The position numbers and the translations under genes were made by a program. A DNA stretch of 64,000 nucleotides from an uncultured Gammaproteobacteria bacterium (lineage in GTDB: Bacteria; Pseudomonadota; Gammaproteobacteria; Nitrosococcales; Methylophagaceae), in contig CAJQOM010000022.1 in NCBI GenBank assembly GCA_905479985.1, positions 3,937 to 67,936 on the forward strand, written 5' to 3'. Of the stretch, positions 1-10,429 are shown piece after piece (the stretch's first letter is position 1; every line of letters starts with the position of its first letter). Below the pieces are notes generated by a model. The model had not been told where the DNA came from. It did no database searches and saw nothing but the letters and a program-made list of their open reading frames with translations.

Positions 1-1277
1 AAGAACTTGGTATTAAAACTGTTGCGGTCCATTCCGATGTCGATCGTGACCTCAAACACGTCTTATTAGCAGATGAAACGGTCTGCATTGGCCCAGCACC
101 TTCTAACGAAAGCTACCTTAATATTCCTGCACTAATTAGTGCCGCCGAAATTACTGATGCCTCAGCCATTCATCCTGGCTACGGTTTCTTATCAGAAAAT
201 GCCGACTTCTCTGAACGCGTAGAACAAAGTGGCTTTATCTTTATCGGACCTAAAGCAGAAACCATTCGCTTAATGGGCGACAAAGTTTCAGCAATTGCCG
301 CAATGAAAGCCGCCGGCGTACCCTGTGTCCCCGGTTCGGATGGCCCATTGGGCAATGACGATGCTACAAATTTACGGCTTGCTAAAGAAATTGGCTATCC
401 GATCATCATCAAAGCATCTGGCGGCGGCGGTGGTCGCGGTATGCGTGAAGTCCATAGCGAAGCCCATTTACTGAATGCCATTGCCCTTACCCGCAGCGAA
501 GCCAAAGCGGCTTTTGCCAATGACATTGTCTACATGGAAAAATTCTTAGAAGATCCACGTCATATCGAATTCCAAATCCTTGCTGATGAACACGGTAACG
601 CAATCCATTTAGGTGAACGTGATTGCTCAATGCAACGCCGTCACCAAAAAGTATTAGAAGAAGCCCCCGCCCCCGGCATTAGCCCAGAGTTACGTGAGCG
701 TATGGGTAGAACCTGTGCCGAGGCCTGCGTTCGCATTGGTTACCGTGGCGCCGGAACATTCGAGTTTTTATATCAGGATGGTGAATTCTATTTCATCGAA
801 ATGAATACCCGTATCCAAGTTGAGCATCCCGTTACCGAACAAGTGACCGATACCGACTTAGTGGCAGAACAAATTCGTATCGCCGCTGGTGAACCGTTAT
901 CTATCAAACAAGAAGATGTTGTCATCCGAGGCCATGCCATCGAATGTCGAATCAATGCAGAAGATGCCAAAACATTTATGCCAAGTCCCGGCACCATTAC
1001 CCATTACCATGCTCCCGGCGGCGCTGGTATCCGTATGGACTCACATGTTTATAGCGGCTATCGCGTACCCCCTAATTACGATTCTTTAATTGGCAAACTG
1101 ATTGTTTATGGTAAAACCCGTGATTCGGCCATTGCCCGTATGAGAACAGCCCTCAGTGAAATTGGCATCGAAGGCATCAGAACCAATGTTGCATTACAAC
1201 AAGACATCATTGATGACCCCCATTTCCAAACTGGTGGCACCAACATCCATTACCTTGAAAAGAAACTCGGTTTATAA
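1..1277 (+). CDS. accC: Biotin carboxylase subunit of acetyl-CoA carboxylase, 5' end cut by window edge
   Basis: Frame 3 is open from base 3 ([20 protein letters not shown]...) and runs into listed ORF 273..1277. ATP-grasp motifs [11 protein letters not shown] and [14 protein letters not shown]. Confidence 0.95.
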   Translation, partial: ELGIKTVAVHSDVDRDLKHVLLADETVCIGPAPSNESYLNIPALISAAEITDASAIHPGYGFLSENADFSERVEQSGFIFIGPKAETIRLMGDKVSAIAAMKAAGVPCVPGSDGPLGNDDATNLRLAKEIGYPIIIKASGGGGGRGMREVHSEAHLLNAIALTRSEAKAAFANDIVYMEKFLEDPRHIEFQILADEHGNAIHLGERDCSMQRRHQKVLEEAPAPGISPELRERMGRTCAEACVRIGYRGAGTFEFLYQDGEFYFIEMNTRIQVEHPVTEQVTDTDLVAEQIRIAAGEPLSIKQEDVVIRGHAIECRINAEDAKTFMPSPGTITHYHAPGGAGIRMDSHVYSGYRVPPNYDSLIGKLIVYGKTRDSAIARMRTALSEIGIEGIRTNVALQQDIIDDPHFQTGGTNIHYLEKKLGL

Positions 1278-1321
1278 ATCGTCATGGATCTCCTCGCCAC
1301 CGTTTTCACCCGTATCTAAAC

Positions 1322-2197
1322 ATGGCTTGGATCCAATTTATTTTTAGCAGCACACCTGACGGCGCCGATCCGCTTTCTGATCACTTATCAGAATGTGGCG
1401 CCAGCGCGGTGACCTTTCAAGACAATGCCGACCAGCCAATTTACGAACCAGAAATTGGCTCAACACCACTCTGGCAAGCCACCAACGTGGTCGCCTTATT
1501 TGAAGCGGATAGTGATACTGATAGCATTGTCTTACAGCTCACGCACTTAATGGCGCCCTCAGTATTGCCCCAATACCGTATCGAAGCCGTTGAAGATAAA
1601 GATTGGGTCAGAGAGTGGATGGATAATTTTCACCCCATGTGTTTTGGTGAACAGCTCTGGATATGCCCAAGTTGGCACCAACCACCAGAACCTGATGCGA
1701 TCAATATTCTGCTCGACCCAGGCCTTGCATTCGGTACCGGCACCCACCCCACCACTGCTTTATGTCTCAATTGGTTAGATCAGGCCCAAGTCAAAGATAA
1801 AATCGTCATTGACTATGGCTGCGGTAGTGGTATTTTAGCCATTGCCGCCGCACTCTTGGGCGCTAAAAAAGTCATTGGTGTAGACATTGATCCCCAGGCG
1901 CTTGAAGCAACCCAAGCCAACGCTGAACGCAACGGCGTTCAAATCGACACTTACCTACCTGAGGCCTGTCCAGACATCACCGCTGATCTAGTCATCGCCA
2001 ATATCCTAGCTGGTCCATTGCAAACATTGGCACCCACACTGCTTAAGTTAAGCAAGCCCAAATCAGACATTATTTTATCTGGCATTCTAGACAGCCAAGC
2101 TAAAGCCGTTAGCGACACCTATCAAACTTGGTTCAATATGGCCCCCCCCACTCAAAAAGAAGAGTGGATCCGTTTAGTAGGCCAACGGCATGACTAA
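1322..2197 (+). CDS. prmA: Ribosomal protein L11 methyltransferase
   Basis: GTGTHPTT and DYGCGSGILAIAA SAM-methyltransferase motifs. Conserved accC-prmA-dusB-fis order. Confidence 0.9.
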   Translation: MAWIQFIFSSTPDGADPLSDHLSECGASAVTFQDNADQPIYEPEIGSTPLWQATNVVALFEADSDTDSIVLQLTHLMAPSVLPQYRIEAVEDKDWVREWMDNFHPMCFGEQLWICPSWHQPPEPDAINILLDPGLAFGTGTHPTTALCLNWLDQAQVKDKIVIDYGCGSGILAIAAALLGAKKVIGVDIDPQALEATQANAERNGVQIDTYLPEACPDITADLVIANILAGPLQTLAPTLLKLSKPKSDIILSGILDSQAKAVSDTYQTWFNMAPPTQKEEWIRLVGQRHD

Positions 2198-3191
2198 TCA
2201 AGCCCTCACTATCGGGCCATACACCTTGCCTAATAACCTCTTCCTCGCTCCAATGGCTGGCGTCACTGATCGCCCTTTCCGCCAGCTTTGTCGACGTCTT
2301 GGTGCTGGCATGGCGGTCTCAGAAATGATCACCGCTAACAAAAGCCTTTGGGCCAGCAAAAAATCATTGCTTCGCGCCAACCACATTGGCGAGCCCGAAC
2401 CCCGTAGCATTCAAATTGCCGGCGCTGATCCCGCCATGCTCGCCGAAGCGGCACAACAAAATGTCGAACAAGGTGCCCACATCATCGACATCAATATGGG
2501 TTGTCCGGCCAAAAAAGTCTGTAATGTAATGGCAGGTTCCGCCTTATTACAAAATGAAAAACTCGTCAGCGATATTCTAGAATCCGTCGTTAATGCCGTT
2601 GACGTCCCCGTAACACTGAAAATCCGCACCGGCTGGGACACCGACCATCGCAATGGCGTCACCATTGCTAAAATCGCCGAACAGTCCGGCATCCAAGTCC
2701 TTGCCGTTCACGGTAGGACGCGTGCTTGCGCCTATAAAGGCGACGCTGAATATGACACCATTGCTGAAATAAAATCAGCCATTAATATCCCAGTTATTGC
2801 CAATGGCGATATCAGCACACCCGACAAAGCCAAACAGATTCTCGACTATACTCAAGCAGATGGTTTAATGATTGGGCGTGCTGCACAAGGCAACCCATGG
2901 ATTTTCAGGCAAATACTCCACTACCTTGAACATGGCGAGCAGCTTGATAGCCCGCCTGTTGCTGAAGTACAACGTATCCTAATCGAACATCTTCATGCAC
3001 TTTATGATTTTTATGGCGAATATACCGGTGTCCGTATGGCCCGAAAACACATCGCTTGGTATAGCAAAGGCCTCCGCAATGGCAACCCTTTCCGCCAGCA
3101 GATGAATACCTTCGAACAGCCACAACAACAATTAGACTTCACTGAACAATTTTTCAGTGATCTCGCCCAAAAAGAGACCGTAGCGGCATGA
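2190..3191 (+). CDS. dusB: tRNA-dihydrouridine synthase B
   Basis: Dus family motifs LAPMAGVTD, DINMGCP, HGRTR. Immediately upstream of fis. Confidence 0.9.
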   Translation: MTNQALTIGPYTLPNNLFLAPMAGVTDRPFRQLCRRLGAGMAVSEMITANKSLWASKKSLLRANHIGEPEPRSIQIAGADPAMLAEAAQQNVEQGAHIIDINMGCPAKKVCNVMAGSALLQNEKLVSDILESVVNAVDVPVTLKIRTGWDTDHRNGVTIAKIAEQSGIQVLAVHGRTRACAYKGDAEYDTIAEIKSAINIPVIANGDISTPDKAKQILDYTQADGLMIGRAAQGNPWIFRQILHYLEHGEQLDSPPVAEVQRILIEHLHALYDFYGEYTGVRMARKHIAWYSKGLRNGNPFRQQMNTFEQPQQQLDFTEQFFSDLAQKETVAA

Positions 3192-3475
3192 CATCGCATA
3201 AATCAAATTCGATCCTGCAAGATGTCAGGGCCAATGACAACGAACAATGTTCACTCAGTCAGTCTGTCGAAGCGGCGATAAAAGACTACTTCAAACAGCT
3301 CGATGGCCACCACACTGCGAATTTATATGATTTATTATTGGCAGAAGTTGAATTACCATTGCTCAAAGCCACATTAGAACATACCAAAGGCAACCAATGC
3401 CGTGCGTCAGAAATATTAGGTCTCAACCGCGGTACGCTACGCAAAAAGCTGAAAACCTACGGTCTCATCGAATAA
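3188..3475 (+). CDS. fis: DNA-binding protein Fis
   Basis: 95 aa with C-terminal [32 protein letters not shown] overlap with the dusB stop. Confidence 0.9.
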   Translation: MTSHKSNSILQDVRANDNEQCSLSQSVEAAIKDYFKQLDGHHTANLYDLLLAEVELPLLKATLEHTKGNQCRASEILGLNRGTLRKKLKTYGLIE

Positions 3476-3500
3476 TTATTTTTATCTTAAGGTTCGTTTA

Positions 3501-5066
3501 ATGAATAAGATCCAACGTGCATTACTCAGCGTGTCAGACAAAACTGGCATACTTGAGTTAGCCCAACAACTTAATAAATTTGGCATAGAGCTGCTCTCAA
3601 CCGGTGGTACAGCTAAACTCTTACAAGAAGCAGGTTTGCCCGTAAAAGAAGTGTCAGAACACACTGGCTTTCCAGAAATGATGGCAGGCCGCATTAAAAC
3701 GCTTCACCCTAAAATCCATGGTGGTCTATTAGGCCGACGTGGCACAGATGAAGCCATCATGGCCGAGCATGACATCAGCCCCATTGATCTGGTTATCGTT
3801 AATCTCTACCCCTTCGAAGCCACCATAGCACGCGACGACTGCACCTTACCAATGGCGATCGAAAATATTGACATCGGCGGGCCGACCATGTTGCGTGCCG
3901 CCGCTAAAAACCATGCCGCTGTCACCGTGTTAATCGATCCTGTCGATTATGATCGCGTTCTGTCACAAATAGAAAACACTGGCAGCGTCGATGACGCAAC
4001 CCGCTTTGATTTAGCCGTAAAAACCTTTGAACACACCGCCCATTACGACGGCATGATCTCCAATTACTTAGGCAAAATCACTGATAATGATGACAACGTT
4101 GAATTCCCACGGACATTCAACAGCCAGTTCCATAAAGCACAAGACATGCGTTATGGCGAAAACCCACATCAAAATGCAGCGTTCTATACCGAGCAACAAC
4201 CTGAATCTGGCACCATTAGTGCCGCAGTTCAAATTCAAGGTAAGGCACTCTCTTATAACAATATTGCTGATACCGACGCTGCCTTAGAATGCGTGAAAGC
4301 CTTTCCTGAATCACCGGCTTGCGTCATCGTCAAACATGCAAACCCCTGTGGTGTGGCAACAGCTGAAGATTTATTAACGGCTTATGACCTCGCTTATCAA
4401 ACTGATCCGACCTCAGCATTCGGTGGCATCATTGCGTTCAATCAAACACTAGATGCAGCAACTGCTCAAGCCATTATCGATCGTCAATTTGTCGAAGTCA
4501 TTATCGCACCTGATATCAGTGATGAAGCCAAAGCCATTGTCAGCAAAAAAGCCAATGTTCGCCTATTAAATTGTGGCGCATTCCCATCGCAACAAGCACA
4601 AGGCTTAGATTACAAGCGCGTCACCGGCGGCTTATTAGTCCAAGACCGCGACACCGCTTTAGTCACAGAAGATGAACTCAAAGTCGTAACGAAAAAAGCC
4701 CCAACAGATCAACAAATGGCCGATTTACGTTTTGCTTGGCGTGTTGCCAAGTTCGTCAAATCAAACGCCATCGTCTACGTCAGCAATCAACAAACGATTG
4801 GTATCGGTGCCGGTCAAATGAGCCGCGTGGTCAGTAGCCGCATTGCAGGCATCAAAGCCGAAGATGCTGGGCTACCAGTACCAGGTGCTGTCATGGCATC
4901 CGATGCCTTCTTCCCATTCCGAGATGGTCTAGATGCCGCTGCAGAAGCCGGCATCAGTGCCGTCATCCAACCCGGTGGATCAATGCGAGATGATGAAGTC
5001 ATTGCCGCTGCCGATGAACACGGCATTACCATGGTCTTTACCGGCATGCGCCACTTTAAGCATTAA
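3501..5066 (+). CDS. purH: Bifunctional AICAR transformylase / IMP cyclohydrolase
   Basis: N-terminal MGS-like domain ([17 protein letters not shown]) and full-length AICARFT region ending GMRHFKH. Confidence 0.95.
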   Translation: MNKIQRALLSVSDKTGILELAQQLNKFGIELLSTGGTAKLLQEAGLPVKEVSEHTGFPEMMAGRIKTLHPKIHGGLLGRRGTDEAIMAEHDISPIDLVIVNLYPFEATIARDDCTLPMAIENIDIGGPTMLRAAAKNHAAVTVLIDPVDYDRVLSQIENTGSVDDATRFDLAVKTFEHTAHYDGMISNYLGKITDNDDNVEFPRTFNSQFHKAQDMRYGENPHQNAAFYTEQQPESGTISAAVQIQGKALSYNNIADTDAALECVKAFPESPACVIVKHANPCGVATAEDLLTAYDLAYQTDPTSAFGGIIAFNQTLDAATAQAIIDRQFVEVIIAPDISDEAKAIVSKKANVRLLNCGAFPSQQAQGLDYKRVTGGLLVQDRDTALVTEDELKVVTKKAPTDQQMADLRFAWRVAKFVKSNAIVYVSNQQTIGIGAGQMSRVVSSRIAGIKAEDAGLPVPGAVMASDAFFPFRDGLDAAAEAGISAVIQPGGSMRDDEVIAAADEHGITMVFTGMRHFKH

Positions 5067-5087
5067 ATAGAATCAGATTGAACTGAT

Positions 5088-7736
5088 ATGGACTCAACCC
5101 AAATCATCAATCGTTTTGAACAGCTTAACCGCACAAGGATCGAGCGGTTAAGCCAACTGGTGTCACCTTCGCAACAAAACTTTTTTAAACTACTGCCTTT
5201 TTTGCTCCACACCAATGCCCCCGACTTACCGGGCTACGGCGCCAAAGAAACCCCTATCGGTCTTATTGATTACCAAGCTGATGATAAAACCATCAACGAG
5301 GCTCAAAAACTCAGCCCAAGCTTCAAATACAAACGCCAAGGCATTCGTCATTATGGCTTTTCCGGCCTAGTCCTAATCAATCCCTATGGTCTGCTCAATA
5401 TCCCTGACCAACCCGTGTTCACCGTCTATGTCATTCATACCGATCTTAACCCTGAACAACATCAAGCCTTAACGCATAAACTCAAACTGCTAACGCAATG
5501 GGCACATGGTTTTGACATCACACTCAACATCGAATTATTGGCAGAAAAAACCCTTTCTACCAGTCCACTTCAACCAGGACAGTTAGAACAGCTTTATCTT
5601 AATGGACTGATTCTCGCCGGCGGCATTCCTTTCTGGTGGCTAGTCCCCCCGGGGGGAAATTATCAACAGACCGTGGAACAGTTTGCACAACAAAGAACCC
5701 AAACACATCATCTACTACTCGATTTTGGTGACCTAAGCTCCGACAATGTGCAGGCACTAATGACCATGGCTTGCGAAAAATTGATCGACAGCCTCGAATC
5801 AGGCCTTACCCACATTCTGCCTTCGCTCTATCTTCAAAGCTTACTCGAACACTACCCGAACATCACTTCTTTAAGCAATGGCTATAAAAAAGCGGTTTAT
5901 GATGGCGAACGTGAACCCCTGACTATTGACTGCAAAGTATTACAATTTAGACATATTGCTAACAGCAACTTAACAACGGAAAGCAAACGTTTAGCGCAAC
6001 AGTCACTCTATTGCCAAACACAAGAAGCCTTATCCAAACGCGTCTCACAACCCAAATACCCTTGGCGACGAGACTTCATCGAAAAAACATCAAAAACATG
6101 GGCTTGGGGCAATCACGAATTTCAGATCCTTGACCAACGTGACACGGCGAAATATGAACACTGTTTAACTGAACACCAACAAACACAAATAGCCTTTGTA
6201 CAAATCCAAGCGACCATCAAACAATTTGCCCATCAACAGCAAATCACCCTGCCGGCAAGCAATTCGCTGATTGATAAGACATTACGACGTTATACCGATG
6301 ACAAGCCCAATATCATCAACGCCCTGCCCAATGGCTTATTAGCAAAAAGATCAGAAGAAGAAATCCATTTATATCGCTTCTCAAACAGTGATGGCTGGAA
6401 ATTAAGCCTCGTCCCACTCTCGACCCAAACGCAAAACCCGCTCTATCAAAATACGTCCTTATTACATGTTTTAGCATGGGCTATCTTCAATGGTTTATTG
6501 AATAAAGCGACCCGGATCCTCATCGCTGACAAACGCCATTTGATGACCATCAAAACCGTCATCTCATTTGTACAGCAATTACTTCGTTCGCCCTTAACAC
6601 AGCAGTTCAAACCCGATCCAAAAACACAGTCAAATTCAGCCCAGCTTCAACATATTTTACTGTTTGCGAATCTAGAACAAAATGAACAGCTCATCGCTGC
6701 CAATCCAAAAGGTTTACAACTGACAAGTCTGCATAATGACCCGTTTAATTATGCTAACCGTGGCGAAAGCCTACTCTACAGCGTTGACGGCTTAATCTGT
6801 TCAACATCAGGTGAATGGCAAACGTTTCAAACCCACGGCAAAACAGCACCGCTCGACCTGTTTAATCGCCTCGTTGCTTGGTGGGTAAATGGTAAGGACA
6901 AAGCAACATTAAGTTGCTGGTGTCCATCTGATACACATGGCCCATTAATTAGTCAGCGACTTAAACAGTTATATCAAGATGTAAACACTCACTATCACAA
7001 AAATAGTGAGGGTGTTTACCTGGTACGGATTGCCGATACCCATTACCAAATTAGTTGGCAGCCTGAAGGCCTCGATATAACCCCCTCCAAAAGCGGCAAC
7101 CTTAATCAAATACTTTCTCGACCTAAGGCCTCTTTTGCCGCTTCAAAAGTCGACGGTAAACTTGACCCAACACAGCAGCTAAGCACCCTTCTGACTTGCC
7201 AGACTAAAGACACCATTAGCCTCATAACCGAACAGAAAAACCACACTATCTCAATTCATATCCTAGATGAATTTGGCAACCTAAGATCCCAACATAACCT
7301 TAAGCTGACCCAAGAAACAGCGCTCCATCATTTCCAGTCTTTCTTAAGTACTATTCAAAAACATAAGCCCAAGCTACAGCTTCGATACTTCAAGATGGTC
7401 GCTCAAACGACAGACAGCGCACCATGGAAATTAACACCACTCTCTGCACCTTCTCTGAGAGAAAAACAAGGCTATCTGCCCGTTATCATCACCATCACAT
7501 CACCCAGAGAAGACGCCCACTGTTCGATCAGTTGTGGCCCTAAACAATTCTTAGGTCCGGCCAACGACAAGGCTTTATTCAAGCAAATCTCATCGTTTAT
7601 CCTAAGCTTAAGAAAATCGAATGTCCCTTACCCGCTCTATATCAATGAAATTAACTTTTCAGAACCTGAAAAAATCACCACCGCAGACTACCTACAACAA
7701 AAACAGCGCTTCGAAAAACAGCTAAACTTCGACTAA
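5088..7736 (+). CDS. Class I (CyaA-type) adenylate cyclase homologue with degenerate catalytic motif
   Basis: By-eye collinearity with E. coli CyaA (recalled): LLPFLLHTNAPDLPGY, LDFGDLSS, HVLAWAIFNGLLNKATRILI. The GS...DxD catalytic segment is replaced by NPYGLLNIPDQPVFTVYVIH. Confidence 0.6.
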   Translation: MDSTQIINRFEQLNRTRIERLSQLVSPSQQNFFKLLPFLLHTNAPDLPGYGAKETPIGLIDYQADDKTINEAQKLSPSFKYKRQGIRHYGFSGLVLINPYGLLNIPDQPVFTVYVIHTDLNPEQHQALTHKLKLLTQWAHGFDITLNIELLAEKTLSTSPLQPGQLEQLYLNGLILAGGIPFWWLVPPGGNYQQTVEQFAQQRTQTHHLLLDFGDLSSDNVQALMTMACEKLIDSLESGLTHILPSLYLQSLLEHYPNITSLSNGYKKAVYDGEREPLTIDCKVLQFRHIANSNLTTESKRLAQQSLYCQTQEALSKRVSQPKYPWRRDFIEKTSKTWAWGNHEFQILDQRDTAKYEHCLTEHQQTQIAFVQIQATIKQFAHQQQITLPASNSLIDKTLRRYTDDKPNIINALPNGLLAKRSEEEIHLYRFSNSDGWKLSLVPLSTQTQNPLYQNTSLLHVLAWAIFNGLLNKATRILIADKRHLMTIKTVISFVQQLLRSPLTQQFKPDPKTQSNSAQLQHILLFANLEQNEQLIAANPKGLQLTSLHNDPFNYANRGESLLYSVDGLICSTSGEWQTFQTHGKTAPLDLFNRLVAWWVNGKDKATLSCWCPSDTHGPLISQRLKQLYQDVNTHYHKNSEGVYLVRIADTHYQISWQPEGLDITPSKSGNLNQILSRPKASFAASKVDGKLDPTQQLSTLLTCQTKDTISLITEQKNHTISIHILDEFGNLRSQHNLKLTQETALHHFQSFLSTIQKHKPKLQLRYFKMVAQTTDSAPWKLTPLSAPSLREKQGYLPVIITITSPREDAHCSISCGPKQFLGPANDKALFKQISSFILSLRKSNVPYPLYINEINFSEPEKITTADYLQQKQRFEKQLNFD

Positions 7737-7802
7737 GTCCTTCCTCTTTACCCTAGGCTCTTTTATTATGGTGAGCTTTACTAGACCAATTAGAGACACA
7801 TC

Positions 7803-8831
7803 ATGATTAAAGTAGGCATTGTCGGCGCAACCGGTTACACCGGCGTAGAACTACTGCGCCTACTGGCAAATCATCCTGAAGTCTCAATTGAATGCATTAC
7901 CTCTCGTGGTGAAGCAGGCAAGCTAGTCAGTGATTTGTTCCCAAATTTAAGAGGCCATCTCGACCAACATTTCAGCCAACCAGATGTGACACAATTAGCC
8001 CTCTGTGACGTGGTGTTTTTCGCAACGCCACACTGTGTCGCGATGGAAATGGTACCCGTACTCATCAAACGTAACACCCGTGTTATTGACCTATCTGCTG
8101 ACTTTAGACTGCGTGATGCTGCCGAATGGGAACAGTGGTATAACATGCCTCATACTTGCCCTGAGTTATTATCAGAAGCCGTTTATGGCTTGCCGGAAGT
8201 TAATCGCGACGCCATCAAATCAGCCCAATTAATTGCTGTCCCGGGCTGTTATCCAACTGCGACCCAGCTAGGCTTTATTCCATTGCTAGAACAAGGCATT
8301 ATTGATGCCAGCCATCTGATTGCCGATGCAAAATCAGGCGTGAGTGGTGCCGGCCGTAAAGCCGCTATTGGCACATTGTTAACAGAATCATCCGAAAATA
8401 TGAAAGCCTATGCTGTCGCAGGACATCGCCATTTACCTGAAATAACCCAAGGCCTGAATGCGGTCAGTGATAGCCCTGTTGGGTTAACCTTTGTGCCGCA
8501 TTTAACCCCTATGATTAGAGGTATTCACGCTACCCTTTACGGCACATTGACCAAAGAAGTCGACTTACAAGCACTGTTTGAACAACGCTATGCTGACGAA
8601 CCTTTTGTTGATGTACTCCCCAGTGGATCACACCCTGAGACCAGAACCGTAACAGGCACTAACGTCTGTCGTATTGCCGTCCACCAGCCACAGCAAAGTA
8701 ATACTGTTGTTGTTTTATCGGCCATTGATAATTTGGTCAAAGGGGCATCAGGCCAAGCGATTCAAAATATGAACATTCTCTTTGGTCTACCTGAAAGCAT
8801 GGGTATCAATACCATTGCTGTCATGCCATAA
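7803..8831 (+). CDS. argC: N-acetyl-gamma-glutamyl-phosphate reductase
   Basis: [17 protein letters not shown]-binding N-terminus and active-site PGCYPTA. Confidence 0.95.
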   Translation: MIKVGIVGATGYTGVELLRLLANHPEVSIECITSRGEAGKLVSDLFPNLRGHLDQHFSQPDVTQLALCDVVFFATPHCVAMEMVPVLIKRNTRVIDLSADFRLRDAAEWEQWYNMPHTCPELLSEAVYGLPEVNRDAIKSAQLIAVPGCYPTATQLGFIPLLEQGIIDASHLIADAKSGVSGAGRKAAIGTLLTESSENMKAYAVAGHRHLPEITQGLNAVSDSPVGLTFVPHLTPMIRGIHATLYGTLTKEVDLQALFEQRYADEPFVDVLPSGSHPETRTVTGTNVCRIAVHQPQQSNTVVVLSAIDNLVKGASGQAIQNMNILFGLPESMGINTIAVMP

Positions 8832-8842
8832 AGACCCATAGC

Positions 8843-9550
8843 GTGCTGATACCTCCACAACTCAATAACGATCATCAGGTTATTAAAAACCTCTTGAAGG
8901 CGCTGCTTGCCTTGGTCGTCGTCGCCATTATTATCTGGGTTTATCGCCAGCAGACGACTGGTGAGTTATCCAACAAAGTCAGCATGCTCACACAGCAAAA
9001 TACCGAACTTCACAGCCAAAATACAACGTTAACAACGCAGTATAACGACCTCATTAACGACACCCGACATCAGCAACAAACCGAGGCCATCCAAAAAGCC
9101 ACCCATACCGAGTTACTGCAACAACTCACCGAATTACAAGACAATGTTATCGAACTCAATAAAGAACTTAATTTCTACCAAAATATCACCCAAGGTAGCG
9201 CCACAAGCAAACTACAAATTCGCGAATTAAAAGTAATTGCTGATAGCAAAAAAGCAGATCAGTTCCATTATCGACTCGTTATGTCTCAAGGTAAAAAGAT
9301 AACGAAACCGATTACAGGCCAACTGAGCATCACAGTCACAGGCCAAGTCGATAACAAACCTGAAACTCTTAAGCTCAATCAACACCAGCTTAAATTAAGG
9401 CATGTTCAAGTCTTCACTGGCCAAATTAAATTGGCTAAAAACATGGCACCAAAATCGATTAAGATCACCCTAATTCAAAACAAAAAGACCACCCTCTCGA
9501 GAACCCTCGATTGGAACGTCACAACTAGCCCAACTCAACTTGAGAGGTAA
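8843..9550 (+). CDS. Membrane-anchored coiled-coil protein, DUF6776-like
   Basis: GTG start, one N-terminal TM helix (LLKALLALVVVAIIIWVY), Q/T-rich coiled-coil. Sits between argC and bactofilin/erpA; I recall a comparable argC...erpA neighbourhood in pseudomonads, not verified. Confidence 0.45.
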   Translation: MLIPPQLNNDHQVIKNLLKALLALVVVAIIIWVYRQQTTGELSNKVSMLTQQNTELHSQNTTLTTQYNDLINDTRHQQQTEAIQKATHTELLQQLTELQDNVIELNKELNFYQNITQGSATSKLQIRELKVIADSKKADQFHYRLVMSQGKKITKPITGQLSITVTGQVDNKPETLKLNQHQLKLRHVQVFTGQIKLAKNMAPKSIKITLIQNKKTTLSRTLDWNVTTSPTQLER

Positions 9551-9553
9551 GCC

Positions 9554-10009
9554 ATGTTTGGAAGAACAAAAAAGAACAAAAGTAATAAACCCGCTGTCCG
9601 CATAGACACATTAATCGGCCAACAAACCCATATCAAAGGCGATATTGAGTTTAGCGGTGGTTTACGTGTTGATGGCAACATCACGGGTAACATCAACGCC
9701 ATCAATGATATCGACTCTGTTCTCACACTCAGTGAGCAAGGGTCCATTACCGGTGATATTCGTGTCCCTAATATGATTATCAATGGCACGATCAATGGCA
9801 ATGTTTATGCCGTGGGTCACGTAGAATTAGCCGACAAAGCCAAAGTCAAAGGCAATGTGTATTATCGTTTACTAGAGATGACTGTCGGCTCAGAGGTCAA
9901 TGGTCAATTGATTCGGATGTCCGCAGATGATGACGGTACACTAGATCTTGCCCACGACATTATTGATGAATCTAAAGCCTTTCAGCTTGAACAAAAAGCC
10001 AATTCTTGA
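9554..10009 (+). CDS. Bactofilin family polymer-forming protein
   Basis: Beta-helical repeats typical of bactofilin/DUF583: IKGDIEFSGGLRVDGNITGNI, ITGDIRV, INGNVYAVGHVEL, VKGNVYY. Confidence 0.8.
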   Translation: MFGRTKKNKSNKPAVRIDTLIGQQTHIKGDIEFSGGLRVDGNITGNINAINDIDSVLTLSEQGSITGDIRVPNMIINGTINGNVYAVGHVELADKAKVKGNVYYRLLEMTVGSEVNGQLIRMSADDDGTLDLAHDIIDESKAFQLEQKANS

Positions 10010-10068
10010 CTAAATTACTTGGTTTTTGGGATAATAGCATTTAATTATGCCCGTTTTGGAGTCAAGTC

Positions 10069-10413
10069 ATGTCAAGTGAAATGCCAAGCCCAGTTAACTT
10101 TACTGATGCCGCCGCCAATAAAGTCAGCACACTCATCGAAGAAGAAGGTAACGATCAGCTTAAACTTCGCGTCTTCATCACTGGCGGTGGTTGCTCAGGT
10201 TTTCAGTATGGCTTCACCTTTGAAGAAGAAGTCAATGAAGAAGATACTCAAGTTGAAAAAGCCGGCGTCACCTTATTAATTGACCCAGCCAGCTACCAAT
10301 ATCTTGCCGGCGCAGAAATCGATTACAGTGATAGTGTCGAGGGTGCGCAATTTGTCATTCGTAACCCAAATGCCACTACAACCTGTGGCTGTGGTTCTTC
10401 ATTCTCAGCTTAA
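10069..10413 (+). CDS. erpA: Iron-sulfur cluster insertion protein ErpA
   Basis: A-type carrier, 114 aa, with GGGCSGFQY and C-terminal CGCGSSF cysteine ligands. Confidence 0.9.
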   Translation: MSSEMPSPVNFTDAAANKVSTLIEEEGNDQLKLRVFITGGGCSGFQYGFTFEEEVNEEDTQVEKAGVTLLIDPASYQYLAGAEIDYSDSVEGAQFVIRNPNATTTCGCGSSFSA

Positions 10414-10429
10414 ACTGACAATATTGTTG

